Shown here in pieces: positions 39,251-53,624 of a stretch of DNA of 64,000 nucleotides. A model generated the notes under the pieces. It was not told where the DNA came from. It saw nothing but the letters and a program-made list of their open reading frames with translations, and did no database searches. This DNA is from Podarcis liolepis. Lineage: Eukaryota. The translations under genes were made by a program, and so were the position numbers. The DNA lies in NCBI GenBank assembly GCA_965112155.1, contig OZ218099.1; one strand, given 5' to 3'. Position 1 is the first letter of the stretch. Each line of letters begins with the position of its first letter.

Positions 39251-42200
39251 GACGGCAACCCGTCCACGTGTCTCCATCGACCCAAAGTGGGAGATTTCCC
39301 TCTGCCCCACTCCTAGGGAGAATGCGACTCGCTGAACTCTCTAGCAGTTTACTGGTTACTTCACCCCCCAAAACACACAGGGCTTTTACTGGGTGTTGAT
39401 GGGAGTTGAGCGGGTAAGGTAAGAGAGAGACCCGGGCCGAATCGTCCTGCTTTTCCATTGCACCAACAGTTACGCGCGGTGAAAGCCACCTCTAAAGCTC
39501 TTAGGAGTTTGAATAGCCTTGACTCCCAAGTAACGGGTTTAGATGCGACTTGTTCGAGGGTTCTCCCTTCTCCCCGCTTTCCCTTCGGGGAAAGAGGGAT
39601 GCGTTTAAAATGTGCCCAGGACTGTGGATGTGGATGCAAGCGGGAAATAACTGGCGTGGGTCAAGGTGGGAAGTAAGCAAGGGAGGCCACTGGCCCTCGC
39701 GGCCGAGCCGCCTTTAGAGCCTGTAAGTGGGCCTGCCCACACGCCGCCTCGAGGGTCCTCTCCAAGCCGTGTTGTTTCGAGGCTCCGGTGGCCTCTCCAA
39801 GGTCTCCCCGCGTGGCCTCCAGTGTATCAGGCATCAAGTATCCGTGACCCTCATGATGGACGGGGTGAGACTCGGCTGCCCTGCAGTTATTGTTCCCAGG
39901 AGCCCCGGCGTGGATTAATTCCGCTAGGCGTTTGTATTGGGGGCTGTTTGTGTGCGCGCGTATTGGGAGGGTGGGAGCCGAGTGCCAGGAAGGGAAACTT
40001 CCCCCCGCTTCCAAATCGGTTTCAAGCGCCGTAGCCGAACTCGCTCTAGATCCACCCCACTCCCTCTCTCTCTAAAAAGCCCGCAGCCCCATTCAGACGG
40101 CAGTGAGGTCCGTGTGTATCTGAGCAGCGCGCCGGCGAGCGAGTTTGAAGGCAGCGCAAGGAGGCGCCGGCCGTGCGCGGAGAGGTAGTGAGCTCTGTTG
40201 GGCGAAAGGGAGCACTGCAGCTCCTGCTCCGCCAGCCCGCTCGGGATTCTTCTTATTTTGACACGGGAACCCGGCGATCTGCTGTGCCGACTGAATCTCG
40301 GCAAACGCTAATGAAAGTTAACCTTCCATAACTTTCCTGGACCTGCTTTGTGGAGCAAACGCGCCTCCATGGGGTACTTTTTAAGGATCCTGGGATTTAA
40401 AACGACAAATAGATCTGGAATGGTTGTGGAGTCCTTTGGGCAGTTTCACGCGTCCTCTGGGGGGTGCGAGGATGGTTTTAAGGCCTCGTAGTAGCGGTCA
40501 TACCCACCCGATCCTGCCGAGTTTAAGTTCTGCAGGACTGGGAGAAAGAGTTGCCCTTCCCAGTCTAGACAGCGGCGGCTCCACTCCGTCTCCTGCGCGC
40601 CTTCTTCCTTGTCATTTTCAACAGCAGCTTCTCGCGCGCTTCACATTTCTCGGTCCTTGGCCGATGGACTTTTCTCTTTGAAATGACGCTTTAGAGAGGA
40701 AAAAAGGGGGAAAGTTCTAAACAAAAATGTCCTATTGAGGGCATGCAGGAAAAATAATCCAGAGTTCAAAATGAGAGCAGAGAGTGGAACGAAAGATCTT
40801 AGGCAACGGATTTTCTTAAGATCAGCCTGTGTGGTTTGACTTGCGATCTTGATCTCTCCGTTCTCTTACTAAAGGGGAGAATTTTATTTGCGGGGGGGGG
40901 GGCAGAAATCCTCCGCTACCTTATGGGGGAAAGTGCTGTAGACACCAGTTATCAAGCCAGCGCCAGGTGGTTCTCTCCTCTCCTTCAGATGAATGGGAGA
41001 GCGGGAGATGGCGCGATTAAAAACACCACCACCCTGCAGTTTTTAAAGGGATCTGTCCGCTGACCTTCTGCACTTCATGGGGACTGACTGCAGACCTGCG
41101 AAGAGAAGCCTCTGAAGCCTCTGTAATGGGATGCGGTCGTCGTCTGTGCAACATGTGTCAGGGCATGGAAATGAATCCTTGTACAGTCGAGGTGTCCATT
41201 GATTTATAGGGTGGTGATAACTTGGAGGGAGAGCCTTGTCTGTTATAAATAAAAATGGTTTTGATTTTACATTCCAAGCCCTGCACTCAGTCAAGTGACT
41301 TCCACTTCCATTCCCCCCCCCCCAAAAAAAATCCCAGCTTGCAGAACTTTGAGTGAATCTGTGCAGGGAGATGGAAAAATTACAAATAAAAATTCCAAAC
41401 CTGTGCTATGCTAAGCACATGGCCGAGTTTCTGTTTGTGGTTGTTGTTTTTTTTTTTTAGACCATTCTATTTTAAATAGGACACAATTTAAAACATCTCA
41501 CAGGGAAGAAGGGCTTGATTAAGGAAGAGCCAGAACAGTGGCAACAATTTAACGTGTACCAATCAATAGATGCAGTTGTTGCTTTCAGTAAAGGAAATTT
41601 GAGATGTATTTGTTTTTAAAGTAAAATGGAAAGACACAATGTAAACGTATTTGGAGACGCCAAGCTTTTTCGCTCATTTAGGGTCACACGAATGCTTCTT
41701 GGAGGAATTGTGGGCCAAGTGAGCAAGAGTGTGAAAGCAAAGCAAGGGCTTCCTGCCTTCTGCTCTGGCAGGAGGATCAAGTCGCTTGTTTGGTGGGCAG
41801 GCTGTGCTTGTCCCCGTCTTCCCGGCTCCTTCCTCCCCGGCTCTCCTTTGTCACTCCCACAGCCCAGCGCCACAGCCTTTGATTAGGGAGGCTAGTGCTA
41901 ATTTTGTTAGCCGAGGCTGTGAAGAGCCGGATCTCTGTTATCCAGGGCGAGGGCCTTCAAGGTTTTCTAAAAGATCCTCCCCAAACTACTGCTTGTAGCT
42001 AATGAGCAGAGCTGTCAGGAAGACGAAAACCATTAAGTGTTGCTAAAGGCCAAACTAAGGGGGAATTTTCAACTAGCTTAGAAGTTGCGGGTTGGGTGGA
42101 TGGAATGGGAGCCTGCATTTAAAACTCAACTCTACCTAAGTGGTTTAACTCTTTTTTTGGCGGAAACTTAATCACTGGAAAGCCACATGCTTAAAGGGGT

Positions 42201-45200
42201 GCATTTGATGTGCAATTTTGTTAAACGATGAAACTCAAAAGCCTTAACACGTAACGTGGCTGGGAAGAAGGTCTGTGCTGTTTGTCACTCACAGCCGTAT
42301 TAAAGTAACTAAAGTAATGATTACCTCCATTGAACCCCAACTTCACAGGATTTTTATTTGGCATTTGGCATGATTTTGGATGATGTAACCACCTTTTGAT
42401 CAAATGTGCATGTCTGCACTTTTCTCAGGGTCAGTCTTATTTTCAGGATGGCTTTTAAAAAGCTGGGCCTTGCTAGATAAGCTCAGAGAGTCTGGAGTGC
42501 CAGTGACTTGATCGGAAAAGTTTGCAGGTTATGCAAATATGAATTATGCAGATTAGCTGGATGTCCAATTGTTGCAGGCCTTGGAAAGATGCTAGTTGAA
42601 AGAATGGGAACCAAACATACGACCACCTTAATTGCCTAGAATAATATTCCAGCATCCTTGAGGAAACTGAAATGGGTTTAGCACTGGGTTTATGAGCTTT
42701 CCTCTCTTCCTCCCTCCAGCCACACAAGCCATGGAGCATGAGATTCTACCTGCTTGGCATATTCAGCACAATCCTGCAGTTTTACTCCTTTTATTTCCTC
42801 TTTCTCTCTCTCTGCTCAACTCTTTCTCCTTGAGACTGGCTCAGTGTATGCACAGTTACTTGGGAGTAAGTCACTTTGGATTTGCTAGGGATTCCTCCTG
42901 AGTAGAGGGGCATAAAAATAACACTGTATGTAGCAGCATCTCTTTTTAAGACTGGCAGGCTTGCATATAGTATCCAAGCTTAGTTGAAGCCACTTTTATG
43001 TCAGCTGGTACAATGTTGCCTTAAAGGAGAGGACATGTCGAAATGGCAATAGTTACAGGTGCTGATCTGGCTGGTGGCTTTTATTTAACAGGGATGTAAC
43101 AGTTTTCCTAATTAAGGCCCAACTGAGCCCTTCTAACCCCCTCCCCCCCCACTTTGCCAAATAGTCAATCTGCTGCTATTTAAAGGAAGGACTTCTGTAC
43201 AAGAGAAAAATCAATGTGTAGTTAGGCAAATGATAGTTTCTTAAGCTAAACCAATATACACAAACTTGTTCTTTTGAATTGAGGTGTACTTTTCCCTAGG
43301 AACTCCCCCCCTTTTTTTGGAAAATAAAGAAAGACTCCAGCTTAGCACTGCTTTGTGTTGAAGCTGAATTATTAAGGGCAGCTTGATTTCAGCTGCAGCG
43401 CACAACATGCTGCTTTAATCGTGGGCTTTGTTTTGTTAAATCACTGTCTACGAAAACTCTGAGAAATACCGGTAGCTTGGTTCTCTCACAAACAATTCAA
43501 GCTGCTGTGAAGTTGTCACGTGACACAAACTGCCTGTGCAGCAACGGCAAACCATTTTTCAGCTGAGTTACTTCAATTTGATTATTATTGAAACTAAACC
43601 ATCTTAGTCTCCTATATGATTTTAATGAGCTCTTGGATTGGGGGTGTTAGTCCTGTTTTAATAAGACTAAATTGCCTTATGGTAGTTCAGCTGGGGACTG
43701 TGACTTATGAGTGGAAGCCATGATACGTAAACAAGAATAGATTTGGGAGGGATCTATAACGGAGGCAAGAGCCTGAGTGGCAGATTAATGATTTCTGCTT
43801 TAAAATACTTTAACAGTTGCAATCAATTAAATGTAGGCTTTAATTTCACTCAGCAGCACCCCCCCTCCAAGAAAGGGTGTTTAGAGTATAACTTGCTGTT
43901 GTAAACAATGCTTTCTTTAACAGAACCATGTCCCGTCCCTTCCCTTCAGCAACCAAATATTAACAGAAACTAAACTACTATGTGTGCCTTTTCAAAAGTA
44001 GTCACCTCCCTTTCAAAAAAGAAAAGAAAAAAGAAAGCCCCATTTCAATTAATTGGAAATCTTTCCTAAAAGTAAAGTATATAGGACTTCAACTTCATAA
44101 AAACTCCACTGCCAAGTGTTTGAACTGACGTATGATTTTGAACGCTATCTTTCTCCACGTTGCCAAAGCAACTTCAGAGTTGGTGATATGTAATGTGACA
44201 GCATGTTAGTAGAACCATACTGACTTTTCCTAATGATCTATGTATACTACTGAATTTTATTTTGGCTTTGAATGGCTTCTATTTTTCCTCTTTACTGGAT
44301 TGACACCAGACTACTGTACGTCTATAGGTTACATTTTTATGGGACTCCTCCACCCTGTCTCTGCTCTAATAGCTGAATTTGCTCAAGTTTTGGGTTATGG
44401 CTCAATTACATTATTACTGAGACAATAGCCACAAATCTTAATTCAACTTACTTGATTTTATGGGGAAGAGAAAACTGTGGTAATATAGCCATTGAAGTAA
44501 ATAAGAAGTCTTTTTTCAAATTCTGCAAAGGCTATGAGTTTATTGCAGCTAACTCATCACGAGGAAGCCATTTATGCACAAGTGTGACCAGGATTAGGGG
44601 TCTAGTTTAGGATATTATTTTTTATCAAAAGGCTCGCCTCTGAAGGAAGATGCAAGTGTTCATCGTCAGCAAATTCACCTCTTGTGCAATATGTTTCAGC
44701 AGGAGATCTGCCACTTGGACTATTTGAAATCTACAAATTCTGATAAGAATGGTTGGTTACTGCCATAACAGGCTTAATTTTTTTTTATTCATTTTATCAC
44801 ATTTTCTGTCATCATTCAAACTAATTTCCCAGTGAAAATTTTGTGATACTTTGGTTAGTCCTACTTAAAGGTATTGCTGTGGATTTTGGAGATTTTTTTT
44901 TTAAAAAAACTATTTTTAAAAATCCTTATGGAAGACCCTACTTCTGGTGAAAACTAACAAGGCATTGTAGGGGTTGTGTGTGTCTGATCAGTTAAGCACC
45001 CCCAAATTAGTCAACTAATTTTTTTAGATCGTAGCCTAGAACAGTTGGCTCTTTAAGGGAAGTGGAGGAAATGACTCCTTGGGATTTTCTGTTCATATTG
45101 ACTGCAAAGCTTTCAATGTTATCTATGATTAACTTCAAGGTTAGCCACCTTGAACTATTGAGAAAAAGTTGTGTTTTAAAGCAAGCAAGCTTCCATATGT

Positions 45201-48200
45201 GCAGTATCAAAACTGACTTGGGGTGTGTGTGTGTGTGTGTGGACACTATAACACACCTAAAACATTTCAGCCTCAGACAGTGCAAACATACATATCTGCT
45301 CAGAAGTAAGCCTTGTTGCATTCAGTGACATTCATTCCTCAATAAGTGTGTACTGAATTACATCTTAATTTCTGAGTTAAAATGTTAACAGTAATCTCAA
45401 ATGGAAATGCTCCTGAGATCTAAACAGCAGCGTTATCTCTAACTTTGCTTAGGAAAAGGCAGCAAGCAACTCTATATATGGCTCTTGAGTTAGCAACAGC
45501 TAAACAGGGTAAAAGTGAGAAGAGAAAGTGTTCAATATCTGCAGCATCTCTTTAGCTATTTTTGGAAAAGTTTGATCCTCAATATCATCCATAGCATTTT
45601 AAAAAGAACTATGTGTGGCTGGCTAAAGAACTGGCTGTCATGGTTTTATTAGTGAAATTATGTTAAAGCATCTTGAGTTCTGTATTAAATTAGCGACCTA
45701 AATTAGACTGTAAAATGGTTGATTAATCCTTCCCATGTAAAGAATGGGTACGCAGCTAATTGCAAATGAGATTCCCAGATCCAGTAAGTGGAATAAGTCA
45801 ATATTTAAGAGAACACTTTGCTTTAGGGATGGGATTGCCTGCACTAGCAGAACCACACTACTTACGCTTAAATGATTCACCAGAATAAAATGCCTCTTGT
45901 TTTAATTAATGTATCTATTAGTCTAAGGCCAATTCAGCAGACATGCAAGCAGTTTTCCTCCTGGAAAAAACTACTTCTGTGAAGCTAGTAATTATGCAGT
46001 TACAGATATGGGGCTCCAAGCAAAGATCATGGTGATTATAATAATCTTAAGACTATGAGGTATCTATTTTGGATTTGGCTTATTTCAGAACATGGAGCAT
46101 AGTGGGACCTCTGAAGAACATCCTGTGGTATTCTGACAAATGTTGTCATGAAGTTGTGCAAGCCTAAGCACATTTACAGAGTTAATTAAACTGAAGTTGC
46201 AGTCCTAAATGTGCTTACCTGGGATTAAGCCCTACTGATCTTGACCTGTGTGGATTGTGGTGCTACTCTACTAAGTATGTTTAGGATTTCATGGATGCTC
46301 AAAGGTGAACCCTGCTGTGCTCATTTGTACCTACCCCAGATAAGTGCACATGTGTTTCCAAGCAAGAAATTTCAAACCCAAATGCATTTTTGTATTCTGA
46401 CTTGTGCACAACTTTAGTCTGAATTGGTTAAATGGTAAAACACCCCCTACCTTTATTTTGTGTTTGTAATATGTACGCAATTGCTAAACTAGAATAATTT
46501 TGTTTTTGATCTTAAAATCTTATGCCACCCCGATCTCTCTCCTCTCAGTTGTTTGTCATGGGAAGAGATTGCTGAACTTCACACATCAGGCAATGATTGT
46601 AGTGCAAGTTTCTTTTTGAAAATATGTCTGCTTCTGTTGCACAACTCCAAAAAACAGCAGCCTGATAGCTGAAGGTCTTTGGAACGTACCATTTCTGTTT
46701 AGTGGCTTCAAACAGAAATGTTTCGGCAGGAAAGGAAAGGAAACTGGATCCAGCTATTAATGCTAAATAGTTACAAGCACTAGAGTTCCTGGGTTTTCTC
46801 TCTCTCTTCGGCACTGACTCTGGAATCCTTGTGGACAAAAGCAAAGTGGGAGAAAATGGCCCTTTTTGCAGCCAAGCTTGAAGGATGCAATCACTTTCTT
46901 TATGCACTCGAAGGCTTCTTAAAACCTTCAGAATAACTTTCCTGGTATTTGAACAATGCTTTCAACCTAACTTCCCCGTGGCTATGTTACCCTAATATAA
47001 TATAATATAATTTTTGGGGGTGGCAGCAGTTGTGAAAATGGGAGATGTGGGTAACTTGCTGAAATATGCGCACACACACACAGTCTACCAACCTCTTACC
47101 AAACTCGTGAGCACAAGTTTTTGCACTGTGAAAATGGTTAATGTGCAATGCTGTTTGGCCATTTAAGAGTATAGCAAACTACACAATCTCAAGAATTTTT
47201 GTACCAAATGGTGTAAGTTTTGAGGGAAGGTTGTCTGTGTGTGTCTCTATGTTCGGCTGCATGGTTTCTGGTTTTTGGGCCTTGGGCCTCTCCTTATCTG
47301 CTTAGAAATTGGAAATTCTTTCTACTTACTGTAGATAGAAATGTCTGGCTGTGGAAGCAGTGCCTAGAATGCTGATGCTTGATTCCTAATGAGTAAAAAC
47401 AGCAACACCCAGACATTGACTTCTGAGAACTCCCAAATTTTAGTCAAATGCTAAAACAAGAACATATGATACAATAAAGTATTCCAGTAGTCTTTGGACA
47501 AATGTTGGATGCCATTTTTCAGTAACGGGAATTGTTCCTGCCTGCCTTCCCATCGTGCTTGTTAGATTTTCCATATGGCTTCCAGGTTGATTAGCAAATA
47601 TGTGGGAGAGAATGGAAAAGAGCTCATTGTTCTCTGTGTTGGATGCTTTGCTGAAGTTGTGACCCTTATGACTTATAAAACTCCTGGTGTCCTAAGCTAG
47701 TCCCACCGTCCAATACTGAGATTCTTTAGTAGGAGGAAAGCATTCTTTTGGGGTGGGGAGAACTGCCCCTCCTTCCCTGCGTCCAAATGAAGGTTGCTTG
47801 TGCATCTTAGACCAATAGAAGAAGGGCCCAGAGACTTGGGTTTTATACACACTATACCTTTAAAGCACATTCTTTCCCTCAAAGAATTATGGGTGCTGTA
47901 GTTTATGTACCACAGAGTTACAATTCACAGCAACCCTTAACAAACTACAATTCCCAGAATTTTTTTAAAAGAGAAATGTGCTGTTAATGTGTTTTCAAGT
48001 CATAGTGTCTTCACAGCATTAGTTGTAGACCTGTATTTTCTTCTCCACCACAATTAATCCCATAGGGAACCTTCTGTTTTCACATTTCTGGTAACTTGAG
48101 AATTCTGAACGTACTATCCTTTCCTACTTTAAACCTTGGTCTAGTAAGCTGAGTCTGTGGACTGATACATGCTTGCAGAGTTGTATTTGTACGCACTGTC

Positions 48201-48537
48201 TGTTCCTTTATTTGGGAAGGCTGGTAGTGGTAGCACCCCTGTTCTCAGTGTATTGGACTGGAGATTAATATGGTGTCAGACTGGTAGGATGCTGACATGT
48301 CACATCAGGGGAAAAAAACCTATCAATTACTCCCTTGAAATCTGGCAACATGAACTCTTGGGCTGCTTCTAGGATTGGTGCTTAGATAACATTGGGACCT
48401 ATAAGCAATTGACGTACATGTTTTTTAAGCCCTTCGACTGGGAATAAAACCACAGAGGGAACTTGGTATAAGAATGCCTTTTAAAAGAATTGAGGGTGTG
48501 TTTGCTACCCTGGGCTCCTTTGGGAGGAAAGGCAGTA

Positions 48538-48545
48538 TAATAATA

Positions 48546-48590
<45 letters not shown>
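48538..48590. repeat. (TAA)n microsatellite, probably the tail of a short L2/SINE 3' end starting ~48503
   Basis: Direct reading; preceded by ccctgggctcctttgggaggaaaggcagtata. Confidence 0.9.
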
Positions 48591-48592
<2 letters not shown>

Positions 48593-51500
48593 GGATTTCT
48601 TATAACAGCTCCCCCAGCCAAAAAAACAAATACTTGAACTGAAATGCTGGCCGCCTTCATTTTTGAAAAATGATTGAGTGGAATCGTAGGCACTGCTTTA
48701 ACATTCCGAACTTTGTCCAACTCTGTTGCCTGAAACAAACCGTAGAGCAAAGTTTTGTATCTGATTTCATGCTGCATCAGCTTCAGGGGCTCTTCACTTC
48801 TACTTCAGAATATACTTACAGCCTCTTGAATGAATGAAGCTCTTTGGAGACAAGAGCCTAGCACAATTCAAGATGGGGCTCTCCCTACTCTTTTTCATCC
48901 ACTCTCCAAGGCACATAATGCCTTCCAGTTTGATTCCAGCAGGCCCCAAATCACAATGTCTTAGTCGCAGCATGAAGTTATGAGGAAAATGGCCCCCAAA
49001 GGAGGGACGGGCTCTTGTGATCCATCAGCAAGGCCCTTGTGTTTCTCTGGGAGCCTTCCTTCAGATTGCAACAGGAGCGTTGAGTTGTTCAGACAGATGG
49101 CAAAGATTATTTCGTGTTGCTGAGATTTCAGTGCACTACTGTTTCAAGCATGTCTCCCAGTGCGGCGCAAATGATGCGTTCTTCCCAGCACGGCGCTGAC
49201 GGGAACTGCTTTGTCTTCCCTGATCATGTTTCACAGCCTCACCTGTTGAGGAGTTGATTCTTCCCACCCCAACCCCCCACCCCCGAAGTTGAGCATGCGC
49301 CGGAGCGGACATATTTGGCTGGTGAGTCCACCCATGGCTCTGAGTTGTGGTGAGACTCTGGGGCCGTCAGTGAAATGGAACGTTGCTGAGTAGCGTAAAA
49401 AAGTGATGATGAAAACTTTCTGCGTAGGCTTTTCTCTTGGTGGTTCGGGGATAGTAGATCTTTATTTAGAGACCCATGTTTCCCAACTCTTGCTCTTTAG
49501 CAGACCTGTTATTAAGAGCGGAAAATGGGCATTCCTATTTGGCCTATTCAGGCATGAGCAGAAGCTAAATAACTTTTTCATTGTGTCCGTCTCAGCTGCT
49601 GCATTTGCCAAATCTGGATGTCTGTATTATGTGCCATTTCTGAATAACATGCTCAAATAATGAAGGTGTGTATTTATGTGTACAAGTGCCATCCTAATTC
49701 CCTTCACCTTGCAGCTATAGTTCGGATTTTAGAACCAGTTGTGTGGCACTTTCAAGACTTTAATAGGCCAGTTCTGATGGCTCGTGAAGCAAGCCTATGC
49801 GTTTGTGTAGTCCATCATACTCTGGGCCAGCCCACCCATGAGGCAAGGTGAGGTGACCACCTCAAATGGCAGGATCCACAACGGCAGCAGAATCCAATGT
49901 AGAGCCTTATTCCCACCCCCTCTTGCATCTGATGTAGATCTTCACTCATCCCTTCTTTCTTGGTGGGGAGGGAGGCACCATTTTGTAATTTTCTTCAGAT
50001 GCAGAAAGGTCTCAGGCTGTTCCTAGATGCTCTTTATTTTGAGAAGTGACTGGGTATGTATGTTGCTAACAAAGCCCTCTCCTCCATCAAAATGGCTGCA
50101 TTCATCTACATCTTGGGGATTGCTGTGTTCATACATATGTACATCTCTGTGAGCATGAGAGGCAACCTGCGCTGAAAATGCTGGCTGTATCCAAGAATGC
50201 CATCAAGGCCTGCACATCATTCAATCCAACAACTGTGTGAAATGTCCAGCTTGCCCTTTTAGATGGAAGCTTAAATCTCCTCTACTGAATATAGCGCCTG
50301 GACATTCTGCTTTGCAGCTTCCGATAGTTAGTGCTGAAAGATAACCAACATCCTTGCTCTTTTGTTGTTGTCGAGGACTGGTGATCAGTGAGTCAAAGGG
50401 ATAATAAATAGGCCAGAGCTCTGCTGGGTAGCAAACCATATGGCCTCAAAGCACAACAAATTCCAGGTCCCATATATTCCTGTAGCCTAATTACAGGCTT
50501 GGAAAGCAACCAAGGCTGCTACCTGTTGTCACTGTGTGGTGTCTGAAATGATTGAGGAGCTCTGTTGCTCTGTTGTGTGATGTTTGCACTCTCAGCACCG
50601 AGTTCTGCTGCCCTCGAAACAATTTAATGCTGGGCTCAGTTTCCCGGGTTTAATGTGTTGTATCTGGCTTTAAAAAATATTTTAAAATCCTTGTGCCAAG
50701 AAACATGAGCTTCTTTGACTAGCGCTCGTTATATATAATGTGTGCTGCATGCCGCCTCATTAAGAAATGGGGAAATCATTTTGTCAACTGAAGTGATGAC
50801 TGCAATGTATATGTACATGAAATTGCTTGCCAGTTCTCCGGATTGTCAAACAGATTTGAAAGGCCAGCAGCCCCATGACTGGAGAGATCAGGCTTGCTTT
50901 GGCTGCATCAGTCACTGGCATCCACTTGGCCACCCTTGTGTGTAATGCTAAAAGAAAAAAGAAAAAGAAAAAAGGTACTTCTGTTTTGGGGCAATGCGTA
51001 GGAGGGTGAAACCTCTCCCATTTGCTTAAGGACAAAAAGAGCAGCTGAGAGCAGCTCTTTCAAACAAGATCCAGTGGAATATATAAATTTGCATTAATAT
51101 CAATCACCAGCAAAAAATTAGTTGCATAAGTGGCTGTCAGAGATGAATGAGATTACTTGCTGCTTTTTGTTTTAAGCAGCAAATCAAACTTAGCATCTTA
51201 ACTGCTGCCTTGGAGGTGGGGAAGCTGTTCAAAAGGTTTGACTTGATTCCTGACAATTAATCACTGGCTTTACCCCCAAATACGGCTGGGTGATACATTG
51301 ATATACCATCCAAAACTGGTTTGAAATCCATATCGTGAGATCCGTTTTATAGTTTTTGACCTGGCAATATATTGTGAATCATGGTGTTTGTGTGTGCTAT
51401 GCAAAAATCACAACGTGGGAAAACCCTTCTCCAGGGTCAGGAAGTCTGTGCCCCTTCCAGATATTGCTGGACTACATCTCCCATCATCACTGGCTGTTCA

Positions 51501-52871
51501 CCAAGATAGGATTTGAGTCCAACATCCAGAGGACCTTGCAGTACCCAAAGTTGAAATGCATATCTGGTGTGGTGTTTAGAGGTGAGAGAAAGTGGTGGGG
51601 GGCATGGAGGATGGAAATACAGTTGGGCGTGTAAGCAAAAAAACACTAAAAGCCTGGTTGGTAAAATATGGATTTGTTACTAATTTCTCATTCTTGGCGA
51701 TGACATTCTGTCTTCTGCTGAAATGTGTTTTCTCAGTCAGGCTTTTTGGCTCCAATTATCTCATGAGAGAAGAGGAAATCTCTCACTGGATTATTTGTGA
51801 AGTGAACACACCAAATTAGAACAGCAGAAAAAGCAAGGCCTGCAGCTGTGGTTCCTTGCAATGTATTGTTTATATTGATTTATGCATATGCAAGCAACGT
51901 TGGGCAGCTGACCACAAGTGCTGGGACCAAAGAAGGTTTATTTCTTATTTAAACATCCATAACAAAGCATTATTTTGCAAACTGTCATAAGCCCAAACAA
52001 ATTCTCTTCCCATCACTTCTCGTTTCCCAGAAAATTGTGCTCCAACTTTGCTTTATAGGAACTTCCGTATCATAGGATGTTGCACCCCTGATTCATGACT
52101 CGTGTTGTAATTTACCATTTTACCTGCAATCCTTCCATTTCTACCATTCTGTAGATCTGACTGGGAATGCCTCAGCATGGTCTGATGTGCTGGAGCACAG
52201 CAAATGAAAACAGGAAATGTGGGTTTGGGGGAAAGAAAGAACAGTTACCTGGAATATTGAAGTCCCCTCATTAGAAGTTGCAGTTTCTGGGTGGAACCCA
52301 GTATCATATAAATGGACTTCCACTTGCACAGTGTGATTTCACCCTCCTCTTGTTCTGCCCCCTGTGTAGAGGGGACTTTTGAGGGCATTTGGGGGACTCT
52401 AGGGGCAGAAGAGGACAACAAAAGTTCTGTTCTGCGTTCACATGGACAGCTTGGGATGCAACTTTATAGTGAAGATGATAGGAGATGTGAGCTAATGGCT
52501 TAACTTGCTAGTGCATCCTTCAGGCAGGAAGACTGAATCTCTGGCATCTGCTTAAAGGAGGAAAGTTGGGTATTGGTGCTGGGTAGAGCTGGTGAGGGAA
52601 GAATAGCTGGCATATCACTTGTCTTTTCTTTTAATATATTAATTTGCTTAAGTGTTAGGCACAGATGTGGTGGAGGAAATTCTGATCTCTTTCCATTTAT
52701 ATATCTTCTATTGCCTGACAAGCTTAACCATCATCTAGATGGTGTTTGGCTGATCTTTGTTGGGGAGGGTGGGGTGGGGAGTCAGAGGGTGACGACTAGT
52801 CAGCAAGAGAAAGGACCAGGCGTTGATAAAGTGGGATAGCAGGCTAGTATTTCACTCCAAGCCTTGATGTG

Positions 52872-53580
52872 GCTAATCCAGAATGCGGTAGCTAGACTGG
52901 TGACAGGGTGTGGTCGCTGAGACCACGTAACACCAGGCCTGAAAGACCTACATTAGCTCCCAGTACGTTTCCAAGCACAATTCAAAGTGTTGGTGCTGAC
53001 CTTTAAAGCCCTAAATGGCCTTGGCCCAGTATACCTGAAGGAGTGTCTCAACCCCCTTTGTTCAACCCGGACACTGAGGTCCAGCTCCGAGGGCCTTCTG
53101 GCGGTTCCCTCACTGTGAGAAATGAAGTTACAGGGAACTAGGCAGAGGGCCTTCTTGGTAGTGGTGCCCGCCCAGTGGAACGCCCTCCCATCAGATGTGA
53201 AATAAATAAATAACTACAGTGGTACCTCGGGTTACAGACGCTTCAGGTTACAGACTCCACTAACCCAGAAATAGTACTTTGGCTTAAGAACTTTGCTTCA
53301 GGATGAGAACAGAAATCGTGCTCTGGCGGCATGGCGGCAGCGGGAGGCCCCATTAGCTAAAGTGGTGCTTCAGGTTAAGAACAGTTTCAGGTTAAGAACG
53401 GACCTCTGGAACGAATTAAGTACTTAACCCGAGGTACCACTGTATCAGACTTTTAGAAGACATCTGAAGGCAGGCCTGTTTAGGGAAGTTTTTAATATTT
53501 GATGAATTATTGTATTTTAATCTTTTGTTGGAAGCCGCCCAGAGTGGCTGGGGAAACCCAGCCAGATGGGCAGGGTATTA

Positions 53581-53622
<42 letters not shown>

Positions 53623-53624
53623 TT
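52872..53624 (+). mobile_element. L2 LINE 3' end, interrupted by a MITE
   Basis: LIQNAVARLVTG...DHVTPGLKDLH*LPVRFQAQFKVLVLTFKALNGLGPVYLKE is the L2 ORF2 C-terminus; 3' UTR hairpin and (ATT)n tail. Confidence 0.9.
53217..53442. mobile_element. Tc1/mariner (Tigger-like) MITE nested in an L2 fragment
   Basis: Perfect TIRs and TA TSD; L2 sequence resumes on both sides. Confidence 0.92.
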
